In this document: piece by piece, positions 28,266 to 37,207 of the stretch
Numbering within the stretch: the first letter of the stretch is position 1
Layout: every line of letters begins with the position of its first letter
Assembly (NCBI GenBank): GCA_041690135.1
Contig: JAWLHY010000004.1
Coordinates: 128,001 to 192,000 of the forward strand
Source of the DNA: Armatimonadota bacterium
Lineage (GTDB): Bacteria > Armatimonadota > SYMT01
Length of the DNA: 64,000 bases
Reading direction: 5' to 3'
The notes under the pieces: model-generated
What the model was told of the DNA's origin: nothing
The model's input: the letters and a program-made list of their open reading frames with translations, nothing else
Databases searched by the model: none
Made by a program: the position numbers and the translations under genes

Positions 28266-28697
28266 ATGACTCTTCACGAATATGTCGAACACTCGGTGAA
28301 CCGGCTGCGGGAGCAGGGTTTCCGCATCACCCGAGGCCGTCGCCTGGTGCTGGATGCTCTCTGGCGCGCGGAGAAACCGCTTTCACCCTACGCGCTCCAC
28401 GACGCGATCGCAGACCGTGGAGAGTCGGTGGATACGGTCAGCATCTACCGGACCCTGGAAACCCTGGAGGATCACGGCCTGGCGCACCGCGTCGCCTTCT
28501 CCGGTGGCTACCTTCCCTGCCGGCTGGAGGACCATCCCGGGTGTCATCATCACCTGATCTGCCGCGAATGCGGTCGCGTGGACGAGGTCGACTGCCCCGG
28601 AATGCATGCGGTGGAGCAAGACGCCGCGAAAGCTTCCGGCTACCGCATCGACCGCCACCTGGTGGAGTTCGTGGGCCTCTGCCCCACCTGCCAGTAG
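28266..28697 (+). CDS. Fur family transcriptional regulator (possibly Zur-like)
   Basis: GFRITRGRR, VSIYRTL, HHHLICRECG and GLCPTC. Confidence 0.92.
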   Translation: MTLHEYVEHSVNRLREQGFRITRGRRLVLDALWRAEKPLSPYALHDAIADRGESVDTVSIYRTLETLEDHGLAHRVAFSGGYLPCRLEDHPGCHHHLICRECGRVDEVDCPGMHAVEQDAAKASGYRIDRHLVEFVGLCPTCQ

Positions 28698-28715
28698 AGA
28701 ACTAACCACCGTCAC

Positions 28716-28758
28716 GAATAAAGCGGGCGACGCCCTTCGGCCTCGCCCGCTTTATTCG
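28716..28758. terminator. Bidirectional intrinsic terminator
   Basis: GAATAAAGCGGGCGA...TCGCCCGCTTTATTC inverted repeat between convergent genes. Confidence 0.75.
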
Positions 28759-28771
28759 TGCATCCAGAGGA

Positions 28772-29914
28772 TCAGAGCTCCTCGTAGCCCTTCACCTCGA
28801 AGATTTTGGGGGTTGGCGGCGGATCGTCATCCCAGTCGGTCCACCGGGTGATGTCCGGAGTGCCTCCCAGGTCGATCGTTTCCGCGAGAATGCTTCCCAT
28901 GTACTTCGTTGTGCCCCGCAGGCGGACGCCGCCGTTCGGCGCGTAAATCACGCCTTTGAAGGTGCGGTTCCCCGTCAGGTCCGCGGCGGTAGCCGACGTG
29001 CTGGTGGTGATGAAGAGCAGACTTTCCAGGGCCGTGGACGGGTAGTTGAACTTGGCGTTCAGGCTGATCTCGCCGTCCACGATCACCGTCCCCTTGCCGG
29101 TGATTGGGCCCGCGATCGTGAGATCGCCCGTTACCCACACCACTCCATCTACATGGAAGCCGTTCGGCGAACTGGCCACCAGGTTTCCGTTGACCTTCCC
29201 CTTCACCCGGTCTCCGTCCTTCTCGTTAACGTTTCCCTGTGTGATCCCATCGGCAAGCGCCTGATCTTTCAGGCCCTGATCCACCTCCGGGAAGGTCATC
29301 GGCGGCACTCCCGAGACCATGCCCCGGGTTACGTTCGGACTTCCATTCTCGATCACGGTTCCGGACGCCGTTCCCTGTCCGTAAATATCCACCGCTGATC
29401 CGCTGAGTTCCAGATCGCCGTTGGCGTGGACATCACCCACGTTGGCCAAGGGAGAGGAGTCCACGGTGACGTTGCCGTGGATCCGGAAATCCTTCTTGGT
29501 CGCCAATGCCTTGTAGAACAGAGGCGGCACGTGCCCCGTCTCCAGCGTCACGCGCACACTGCGGGCGATGGTATACTGGCCTCCGCTCACGGTGCCGGTA
29601 GCGGTAACCACCCGCCGCCCGGGATGTCCCGCCGGGGTGGCTACGGTAACGGCGATGTTCCCGCCGCCGAAAGAAGTGGATGCCAGACCCTTCCAGTCCG
29701 GATTGCTCTTGATCTGCGAAATCGCTTCTTCCAGGGCTCCCTGCGCCAGGTTCAATGCAATGGTCGAATCTTTGCGGCGGAATGCCTGGCGGATACTGGT
29801 GCTGGCCATCCCGAATATGCCGATGCCCAGGATCGACATAAAGGTGATGATGATCATGCTCATCAGTAGCGCATAGCCGCGGCGGCTTCGCCTCTTTCCG
29901 CACCGGATCGTCAT
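28772..29914 (-). CDS. PilX-like minor pilin with a C-terminal beta-rich domain
   Basis: RRG|YALLMSMIII class III signal lacking Glu5; ALNLAQGALEEA; GVIYAPNG. Confidence 0.75.
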   Translation of the reverse strand: MTIRCGKRRSRRGYALLMSMIIITFMSILGIGIFGMASTSIRQAFRRKDSTIALNLAQGALEEAISQIKSNPDWKGLASTSFGGGNIAVTVATPAGHPGRRVVTATGTVSGGQYTIARSVRVTLETGHVPPLFYKALATKKDFRIHGNVTVDSSPLANVGDVHANGDLELSGSAVDIYGQGTASGTVIENGSPNVTRGMVSGVPPMTFPEVDQGLKDQALADGITQGNVNEKDGDRVKGKVNGNLVASSPNGFHVDGVVWVTGDLTIAGPITGKGTVIVDGEISLNAKFNYPSTALESLLFITTSTSATAADLTGNRTFKGVIYAPNGGVRLRGTTKYMGSILAETIDLGGTPDITRWTDWDDDPPPTPKIFEVKGYEEL

Positions 29915-29944
29915 CTGGATCTCCTCCCTCTCCCTGGCTCGCGT

Positions 29945-30547
29945 CTACAGGCGATTCCGGAGCAGTAACTCTTGCGATGTGGTGAAATAGCTGGTCTTGG
30001 TGCCGGTCGTGTTCGCTGTCTTGATCGTTACCGTCACCGTCTCCGGATCGTTGGCGGGATAGTAACTGAATTGGATGCCGTCCGCGGCAGCCACCACGAT
30101 CCGGCCCTTGCCGTTCTGGAGCGACCAGCCGCGGTCGGCGGTCCCGTTCACGGCGCGCCAGAGGATCGTGCCGTCTTTCACATCCATCTTGCCGCTGGTG
30201 TCCGACAGGTAGTACTTTTCCGTGACACCATCCTGCATCGGGATGATCAGGTTCCCGTTGGCGTCATACTTGGGCATCTGCAGCATCAGCACCGTAGAGG
30301 AAGACTGCGCCGAGAGTACTTTTCGTGCGGTGCGGACCTGGGGAGCCATCCGCTGCACGGCCATCTGCCCGGACATCTGGGCACTGCCGTCGGCCATGCC
30401 GTTCTGCCACACCCGCGAGTGAAAGCTGGCCATCCCCACCAGGAGCGTGGTCATCCACAGCGCAATGGTTCCCGCCACCATCACTTCGACCAGGCTCATT
30501 CCCCGGCGGATCCGCCGTTCCATTCCACGTTGATGCTGCATCCTCAT
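29945..30547 (-). CDS. PilW-like prepilin
   Basis: RRG|MSLVEVMVA prepilin cleavage/methylation motif. Confidence 0.8.
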   Translation of the reverse strand: MRMQHQRGMERRIRRGMSLVEVMVAGTIALWMTTLLVGMASFHSRVWQNGMADGSAQMSGQMAVQRMAPQVRTARKVLSAQSSSTVLMLQMPKYDANGNLIIPMQDGVTEKYYLSDTSGKMDVKDGTILWRAVNGTADRGWSLQNGKGRIVVAAADGIQFSYYPANDPETVTVTIKTANTTGTKTSYFTTSQELLLRNRL

Positions 30548-30598
30548 CGGTCTCTCCCGAAACTCCCCCGGACGATCGGTGCGTCCGGCCCACCCGCA

Positions 30599-31033
30599 TT
30601 AGCGCACGATCAGCGTCGTCAGCGTCACGTTCCCCTTGTCCAACCCGTATCCGGACCACTTGATACTGGCTTCCACCTTCAGCCTGCCGGTGTCGCTGCC
30701 GGTTGCATTCAGGCTGTCATTGACGCGGGTGAAAGTCACCGTCCCCGTGGCCTGCGTAAGGGCGTCGGGAGGGGTGAACTCCACTTTGGTGGACGTGCTT
30801 CCGGCGGAGATGGACGGGCAGGAGTTGTAACCCACGCTCCGGTAAACCTCCAACTCCTGCTGGCAGGCATTAGCGGCCAGGTCCATGTGCCGGCTGCGTG
30901 TAATCGTCTGCGAGGCATAGGGGAACGAGGCCCCGAATACGACCATGATGAGGCTGAGAAGCACCATCGCTATGATCGCTTCCGTAAGCGTGAAGCCCCG
31001 CCGGGCTCCGCGTCGGTGTATGCGTTGGGTCAT
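30599..31033 (-). CDS. PilV-like prepilin
   Basis: RRG|FTLTEAIIAMVLL prepilin motif. Confidence 0.82.
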   Translation of the reverse strand: MTQRIHRRGARRGFTLTEAIIAMVLLSLIMVVFGASFPYASQTITRSRHMDLAANACQQELEVYRSVGYNSCPSISAGSTSTKVEFTPPDALTQATGTVTFTRVNDSLNATGSDTGRLKVEASIKWSGYGLDKGNVTLTTLIVR

Positions 31034-31475
31034 CAGGGGATTACCTCTGTCCTCCGTCTTCCGGTCCGTGGGTATTGTGCCCGACCCATCCGGAAGTTTG
31101 AGATGGAATTCGCCTCGAAAAAAGAATACGGGTTGACGAAAGTGATCTCCGTGAGCGAGTCTACCTGCCCGGTGTGAAACCCGACACACGTCGGGCCGAA
31201 TGTCCCCCAGGTACTGGCCGGGTTCCGGCACAATCGTCCTACTACACGCACAGCAAGCATTCCTGCGCTTTGCCATTCTTTTGACCTACGTCACCCGAGC
31301 TAGTCACTCCTACTTTCGGCGTAATCCCCTCTCGGATTTAGGGCCTGGTGTCCCGGTCACCGGTGGCCAGGGGGGACATAGCCTGCCCGCACGTTTCCCG
31401 GCCGGCATCCATCGGTATAACGGGCGGAGATATCCGCCATCTGACGGCGGCTGTAGCGGGACGGGAGCAAAGGAA

Positions 31476-32690
31476 ATGGCGATTGCGAGAGAGAGGCCGG
31501 AACCGCGGCGACTGAACTGGACCTGGGCGGTAGCCGCGGCGGTGTTGTTGCTGCTGGGACTGGGAGTATGGGCCTACCTCGGCTCACGGCCGGAGTCGGC
31601 GCAAGTGAGCCGGAGGACGATCGTCGCCACCGTACCCCTGGAGGGGGAGATCGTGGTGCCACCCGGCGAGCGAGCCGATGTGATGGCCCCCTATCGCGCG
31701 CCCGTAACCAAGGTGTACACCTCTGTGGGTGGGAACGTGAAGCGGGGTGAGACGCTGGTGGAGTTGTCGATGCCCTCCGTCCAGGCCGCCTACGAACAGG
31801 CCCGGCAGAATGTGCAGGCAGCCGAAACCGCGCTCGCGAACGCCAAAGCCAGCTACGGCGCCGAAGTAGCCGCGGCGCGAGAGCGCTTGAAGCAGGCCCG
31901 GGCCGCGGAAAAATCCGCTCTCCAACCCCCTCCGGTCCCGGCAACTCCGGATGCCGCGGATCCGGCGGTTACTATCCGCGAGCCCGTAGCGGAAGCCCAA
32001 CGAGCGGCCGAAGCACGCGTGGCAGCGGAGCAGGAGGTGGCCCAGGCCCAGGCGCGCATGGATGCGGCCCTCCTCCCGTATCAGCAGCAACTTCAGGCGG
32101 CTCGCGAGGCATTTCAGGACGCGCAATCGGGGCGGAAGCTGGCCCTGGTCCGCGCGCCGATCAGCGGAACGGTCCTGGTGCTGAACGCGCAGGCGGGCCA
32201 GGAGGTGGGGAAAGACCGCAAGACGCCGCTCGCCACCATTGTCGATCTGGATGAGCTCGAGCTCCACGGCAAGCTCTCGCCGGAAGCGGCCGGAGAGGTG
32301 AAACCGGGGACCCCGGTCACGGTTACCGTGGAGAAGGTGCCGAACGAGACCTTCGAAGGCACGGTTGAATCGCTGACCACCCGTACCGCGGGGCCCTTGA
32401 AACGGCAGGAGTATGTAGCGGTGGTCGGTCTCAAAAACCGGGGCGGCCACCTGAAGCCAGGGATGGAAGCGAACGCCGCGGCGCGGCTGGGGAAGGCCGA
32501 AAACGTCCCGGCGGTCCCGGCGGGTGCCCTCCGCAGCGACGATGCCGGACGACCGGTGGTCCACGCCCTGCGGCAGGGCCAATGGGTGCCGGTGGTAGTA
32601 GAACCCGGCCTGTCGGACGGACGTTATGTGGAGATCCGCTCCGGCCTGAAAGAGGGAGATATCGTTCAGGTCAAGCGGGATGTGTTGTAA
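31476..32690 (+). CDS. HlyD/RND-type periplasmic adaptor (membrane fusion protein)
   Basis: N-terminal TM helix, VKRGETL lipoyl half, coiled coil, VRAPISGTV, LKPGM and GLKEGD. Confidence 0.88.
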   Translation: MAIARERPEPRRLNWTWAVAAAVLLLLGLGVWAYLGSRPESAQVSRRTIVATVPLEGEIVVPPGERADVMAPYRAPVTKVYTSVGGNVKRGETLVELSMPSVQAAYEQARQNVQAAETALANAKASYGAEVAAARERLKQARAAEKSALQPPPVPATPDAADPAVTIREPVAEAQRAAEARVAAEQEVAQAQARMDAALLPYQQQLQAAREAFQDAQSGRKLALVRAPISGTVLVLNAQAGQEVGKDRKTPLATIVDLDELELHGKLSPEAAGEVKPGTPVTVTVEKVPNETFEGTVESLTTRTAGPLKRQEYVAVVGLKNRGGHLKPGMEANAAARLGKAENVPAVPAGALRSDDAGRPVVHALRQGQWVPVVVEPGLSDGRYVEIRSGLKEGDIVQVKRDVL

Positions 32691-33294
32691 GACTTTCCTG
32701 CAACCGCGCCACGATCACCCCGAGGGCGGCCGGGTTCTCCCCGCCCTCGGGGAGGATCAGGTCCGCGTGTCGCCGGCTGGGCTCCACGAACTGCAGGTGC
32801 ATCGGACGAACGGTCGATTCCCACTGCTCGACGACACTTTCCACCGTCCTCCCCCGCTCCGCGAGGTCCCGCCGGAGGCGACGGATGAAGCGGAGGTCCG
32901 CGTCCGTATCCACGAACAGTTTCAAGTCCAGCAGGGACCGGATCCGCACGCTGGCCAGGATCAAGATTCCCTCCACGACCACGCACGGCTGGGGTGAGAT
33001 CAGGCGGGTTTCGGGACGCCGCAGATGCGTAACGAAGTCATAGAGCGGTGCATCGATCGCGCGGCCGGCTCTAAGGGCGAGGAGATGCGCGGCCAGCAGT
33101 TCCTCATCGATGGCGTTCGGATGGTCGTAGTTCAGCGCGGCGCGCTCGGCGGGGGAAAGATCCTGGCGGTCACGGTAGTAGGCATCCTGCTCCACCAGGG
33201 CTACGTGCTCGCTGCCCAGGGCCAGGATGAGGTTTCGGGCTACCGTCGTCTTCCCCGAACCGGAGCCGCCGGCCACGCCCACAATGAGTGGCAT
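32671..33294 (-). CDS. udk: Uridine kinase
   Basis: GVAGGSGSGKTT, QDAYY, NYDHP, VVEGIL, RRLRRD and FVEPS. Confidence 0.95.
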   Translation of the reverse strand: MPLIVGVAGGSGSGKTTVARNLILALGSEHVALVEQDAYYRDRQDLSPAERAALNYDHPNAIDEELLAAHLLALRAGRAIDAPLYDFVTHLRRPETRLISPQPCVVVEGILILASVRIRSLLDLKLFVDTDADLRFIRRLRRDLAERGRTVESVVEQWESTVRPMHLQFVEPSRRHADLILPEGGENPAALGVIVARLQESLTTHPA

Positions 33295-33404
33295 CGCTCC
33301 TCCGCAATCAGGCGTATTTCAGCGCGCACGGGGAACGCGGTCGGCTCGAAAGAAGGGAACCGGGAGCGCCATCCACCGTGGGGGACGCTCCCGGTGCGGC
33401 TCGC

Positions 33405-33533
33405 TTACCGTCCGAAAGGCACCCACCAGTTGAAGTAAACCATGGCGGCAGCCCCGGCGGCCAGCATTCCGAGGGTCACCGTTACCCCCCAGAAGAGTGC
33501 GTCGGTCCAAGAGTCCCGGCTGTCGTGGTACAT
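33405..33533 (-). CDS. 42-aa single-helix membrane protein
   Basis: MYHDSRDSWTDALFWGVTVTLGMLAAGAAAMVYFNWWVPFGR; RBS GAGGT; SigB-like promoter upstream. Confidence 0.55.
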   Translation of the reverse strand: MYHDSRDSWTDALFWGVTVTLGMLAAGAAAMVYFNWWVPFGR

Positions 33534-33808
33534 GAAAGCGCCCACCTCGAATCCGTGAAGTAGATTACCAGCGTTGCTAACCGTATACCCGGTGGAGCAA
33601 CTCTCCCAAACGGCTCGCCCGGCGACTGGTGAACGAAGAGAGCCGTGGGGTGTGAAGGGCCGTTCGCTGTGGGTATACACGACCGTCAGGCCCGGCAGCG
33701 CTCATGCACGACAGCGGTTTCGCCGCTCCGGGCTCTCCTGTGGAATTGAGACAGATTTGCCGGCCCGCTGCGGCCACTGCATCACGAAAAGGTAGGACGG
33801 ATCGTAAC

Positions 33809-34195
33809 ATGGCGACTCCACTGCGGCTGGAATACAACGTAAGACGGATTGATGGGCTGCCCGTGCTGGCGGTGGCTGGGGAGATCGATATCTACACCGC
33901 TCCCCTCTTCAAACAGGCGGTCGTGAACTTGGTGTCGGAAGGCAGCACCCAGGTGATCATCGATCTCTCGGAAGTCACGTTCATGGACAGCAGCGGGTTC
34001 GGGACGCTGCTGGGGGCTACCAAGCGGCTGCGCCCGCTCGGTGGCGGGCTGCATCTGGCCGGCGTCAACGGCACCATCCAGCGGATGCTGCACCTCACCC
34101 GCCTCGACACGATCATGCGGGTCTACCCCACGCCCGAGGAAGCGGTCAAGGCAGTGCAGGCTAACGAACAGGCCGAAGCACGCCAGGCAGCCTGA
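33809..34195 (+). CDS. STAS-domain anti-sigma factor antagonist (RsbV/SpoIIAA-like)
   Basis: GEIDIYTAP and IDLSEVTFMDSSGFG, including the phosphorylatable Ser. Confidence 0.92.
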   Translation: MATPLRLEYNVRRIDGLPVLAVAGEIDIYTAPLFKQAVVNLVSEGSTQVIIDLSEVTFMDSSGFGTLLGATKRLRPLGGGLHLAGVNGTIQRMLHLTRLDTIMRVYPTPEEAVKAVQANEQAEARQAA

Positions 34196-34437
34196 CCGGC
34201 ACCAGCGTGTTTCCCTGAACGGGTGAAAAAGCCCGGAGAACCGAACGGGGTGAAGTCCCTGATGGCGGGCCTGGAGCCGAGCTGAAAGAGGCGTGTACTC
34301 TGTCCTCACCCAGGAACAGACCCCTTGCCGTCTTGGTCCGAACCGGATTCCCCCTTCTCCGCTGCGGCAAACGCGTCCGCAGGGAGAAGGGGGGTAGGGA
34401 TGGGTAGTTCAGTTTTCGGTAGGAGTCGGCCGGTAGA

Positions 34438-34520
34438 CCCGGAGGGGCGACAAGAGGTTAGCCGGGGGTGCGAACCCCCGGATGTGAAGCCCGCACAGAG
34501 CAGCCCTGGAAGGGCGACAG
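34438..34520. repeat. REP/MITE-like palindromic element, copy 1
   Basis: CCCGGAGGGGCG...TTAGCCGGGGGTG-N-AACCCCCGGATG...CCCTGGAAGGGCG; related copy inverted at 61587-61673. Confidence 0.7.
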
Positions 34521-34615
34521 AGCACCGCGCCGTGAGGAAAACTGAACTGCACTGGGGGGTAGGGGGAGGAGGCCCTCCTGGTCGGGTGGCGCTGTCGGGC
34601 TGGGCTCCGGAAACC

Positions 34616-35671
34616 CTAGAGCACCGCCGCTAACAGGCGCATCAGGTTGCCCCCCAGAATCTTACGCACGTCAGCTTCGCCGTATCCACGGCGAAGCAAC
34701 CCCTCCGTTAGGCCTGGAAACTCCGTAGCGTCGCGGAGGAGGGTCCCTCCCCCATCGAAGTCGGAGCCGATCCCCACGTGATCGATTCCCGCCACCCGGA
34801 CAGCGTGATCGAAGTGATCCAGCAAGCGTTCCAATGATGGCGCGTGAAGGTCGACGAACGAGGGCACGAAAGTAATGCCCACTACCCCCCCGTGGGATGC
34901 CAGCGCCTTCAACTGGCAGTCTGTGAGATTCCGAGGATGCTCGCAAAGGGCTGCGCAGCAACTGTGGGAGGCGATCACCGGTCGCCCTGAGACTTCGAGG
35001 GTATCGTAGAAACCCCGCTCCGCGATGTGAGAGACGTCCACCAGCATCCCGAGGCGGTTCATCTCCCGTACCAGTGCCTCGCCGAATTGGGTAAGCCCGC
35101 CGCCGCACCGGCTCTCACCGTTCCCGGCCGCCGCCCATGAACTGGGGTTGTGGGTCAGGGTGATGGATCGGATGCCCAGGTGATGGAACGCCTGGAGCAC
35201 ATTCAAACTGCCCTCGAGAGCGTCGCTGTTCTCTACCACCAGCAGGGCAGCCAGTTCCCCGGCCTCTCGCGCCGCGGGGAGGTCGGACGCCATGCGAACC
35301 ACCCGCACCTCGCCGGGCGATGTTTCCAGGTCGGCCAGAAAGAATCCGAAGGCATCCAGGGCATAGGCCAGATGGTTCTTCCAGGCGCGAGTCACGTCCA
35401 CCGCAAAGAACGCGGCGTCGATGCCACCTTCCCGCATCTTGGGGAACGTCATCTGCAGCGGCTGGGCCAGCGCCGCCAGGTCCAATGGGCCCCGCAGGAA
35501 AGACACGGTCCCTTCTCGGCCAACGAGGCCGGGGCGACCGAAGAAGCTCAGGTTGCCCCGCCGGATGTGCGCGACAATAGCGTCGTTGTGCGCGTCGATC
35601 ACCCACGCCCGCTGGTGAACCTGCCGAATTTCGTCGTCTAACATCAGCTTTCCCCGGAACTCTCGACCCAT
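34616..35671 (-). CDS. Membrane dipeptidase (peptidase M19)
   Basis: IDAHND, TLTHN, MNRLGMLVDVSH, IASHS, HPRN, GIGSDFDG and ILGGN; alternative start at 35644. Confidence 0.92.
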   Translation of the reverse strand: MGREFRGKLMLDDEIRQVHQRAWVIDAHNDAIVAHIRRGNLSFFGRPGLVGREGTVSFLRGPLDLAALAQPLQMTFPKMREGGIDAAFFAVDVTRAWKNHLAYALDAFGFFLADLETSPGEVRVVRMASDLPAAREAGELAALLVVENSDALEGSLNVLQAFHHLGIRSITLTHNPSSWAAAGNGESRCGGGLTQFGEALVREMNRLGMLVDVSHIAERGFYDTLEVSGRPVIASHSCCAALCEHPRNLTDCQLKALASHGGVVGITFVPSFVDLHAPSLERLLDHFDHAVRVAGIDHVGIGSDFDGGGTLLRDATEFPGLTEGLLRRGYGEADVRKILGGNLMRLLAAVL

Positions 35672-35750
35672 GCACCGAAAGCCCCATCGCCCTGACTCCT
35701 GCCAGGGTGTATAGTATTACTGGAACTGATTAGTCCGTCAGGAGAATCGA

Positions 35751-36302
35751 TTGAAGCGAGTAATCTGCATCAGTGGTGACGCCGCCTCCGGTAAGACAAC
35801 GGCGGCCAAGCGCGTCTTGGCGCGCCTCCCAGGATGGAAACGTGTCAGCACCGGGCAGATGTTCCGCGAGTTCTGCGCCGAACGCGGCATCGACCCGCAA
35901 CAAATCCCGCACCTGGGCGACGACTTTCATCGGTCTGCCGACGAGCACATGCGCCAGACGCTCCTGCACGACCGCCAATTGATCGCGGAGGCCCGGCTCG
36001 TCGGTTACCTGGCGCGAGATCTGGAGGATGCCCTGCGGGTTTACTGCGACTGCCCGCTGGATGTTCGCGCCGAGCGCCATCAACAGCGGGAGCGGGAGTT
36101 GGGGCGGGACATGGATCTGGCCCAGGCACGCCGCGAGATCCGGGACCGCGACGCCGCCGACACGGCCAACCTGCGCCGTCTCCATGGCGTGGACTATCAC
36201 GACCGGCAGTACTACCACCTCTTCCTCGATACCCACGCGCTGGACCCGGACCAGATCGCCGAGGCCATTCTCGCTGCGGCTGCCGAATCCGATGAGGCGT
36301 AA
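35751..36302 (+). CDS. cmk: Cytidylate kinase-like protein (short, archaeal-like type)
   Basis: ICISGDAASGKTT P-loop, STGQMFRE, EARL and YHLFLDT. Confidence 0.75.
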   Translation: MKRVICISGDAASGKTTAAKRVLARLPGWKRVSTGQMFREFCAERGIDPQQIPHLGDDFHRSADEHMRQTLLHDRQLIAEARLVGYLARDLEDALRVYCDCPLDVRAERHQQRERELGRDMDLAQARREIRDRDAADTANLRRLHGVDYHDRQYYHLFLDTHALDPDQIAEAILAAAAESDEA

Positions 36303-36450
36303 ACCTCAAAAAGATCTTTCCCGTACAAGACCTGTTCTCTACAGCAATTCAACACCGGCCGTGCAACATGCAGCCCGTCGCTGGTGTCATTCCTGAACGG
36401 CACGGGAACAAATCGCCGGGCATCAATTTAGCTGTGGAACGAACAAAGAG

Positions 36451-37020
36451 ATGGTAACACTCCGGAACCGATGGTCTTATGCCTGCCTGGTCGGCGGCGC
36501 CACCGCGGCCCTGCTGCTCGGTACGGCCGCGCTGGCCTTCCAGAACGAGCAAAAGAAGGACGCCGACCTGCCGCCCGACATTGCCAAACTTCCTTTTGAA
36601 ATTCGGGACGGCTACCGGAAATTCGTGAAGCGCTGCACCACCTGCCACGATCGCAAGCGCGTGGACGAGGCGAAGAAGTCGCTCTTCGAATGGCAGGGCA
36701 CCATCGGGACCATGGCGTTCAAAAAGGACGCCGACATCCCCCTGGACGAGCGCCACAGTATCTTCCTGTATCTCACCTACCTCCATGGCACCAAGGGCAC
36801 TCCCGAGCAGAAGGAGCAATACCTCGCTTTCCTGCAGAAGTGCGAAGACTGCCATGGCGTGAGCCTGATGTACAAAGAGAAGTACTCGATGAAGAAGTGG
36901 CCCGGCATCATTCACCGGATGGCCGGGAAGAACCAGGCGATGATCACTCCGGATGACGAGCAGAAGATCATGGGCTACATCTCCCGGATGCACCCCGACC
37001 TCTTCGGCGTCGACGAGTAG
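36451..37020 (+). CDS. Secreted di-haem cytochrome c
   Basis: Signal peptide; CTTCH and CEDCH haem motifs, each followed by W-x-G-x-I-x-x-MA-x-K (internal duplication). Confidence 0.82.
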   Translation: MVTLRNRWSYACLVGGATAALLLGTAALAFQNEQKKDADLPPDIAKLPFEIRDGYRKFVKRCTTCHDRKRVDEAKKSLFEWQGTIGTMAFKKDADIPLDERHSIFLYLTYLHGTKGTPEQKEQYLAFLQKCEDCHGVSLMYKEKYSMKKWPGIIHRMAGKNQAMITPDDEQKIMGYISRMHPDLFGVDE

Positions 37021-37207
37021 TCTCCGGAGGCCGAAAACAGATATTACACGGACCATCACCCCGGCGCGGAGGTATTTCCGCGCCGGGGTTTGCGTCTGTT
37101 CCGTAGGCAAGCAGTGTCTACAGAGGAGTAGTTCCAGCCCCTACAGAAGGATTCGGATGAGCACAAGCACATTTGGATCGTGCTCACGCGAATACTCCTA
37201 ACTTCCA

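Noticed and set aside
31080-31260. Possible c-di-AMP (ydaO) riboswitch before the pilin trio
   Set aside because: Only scattered short matches; the key consensus segments are missing.
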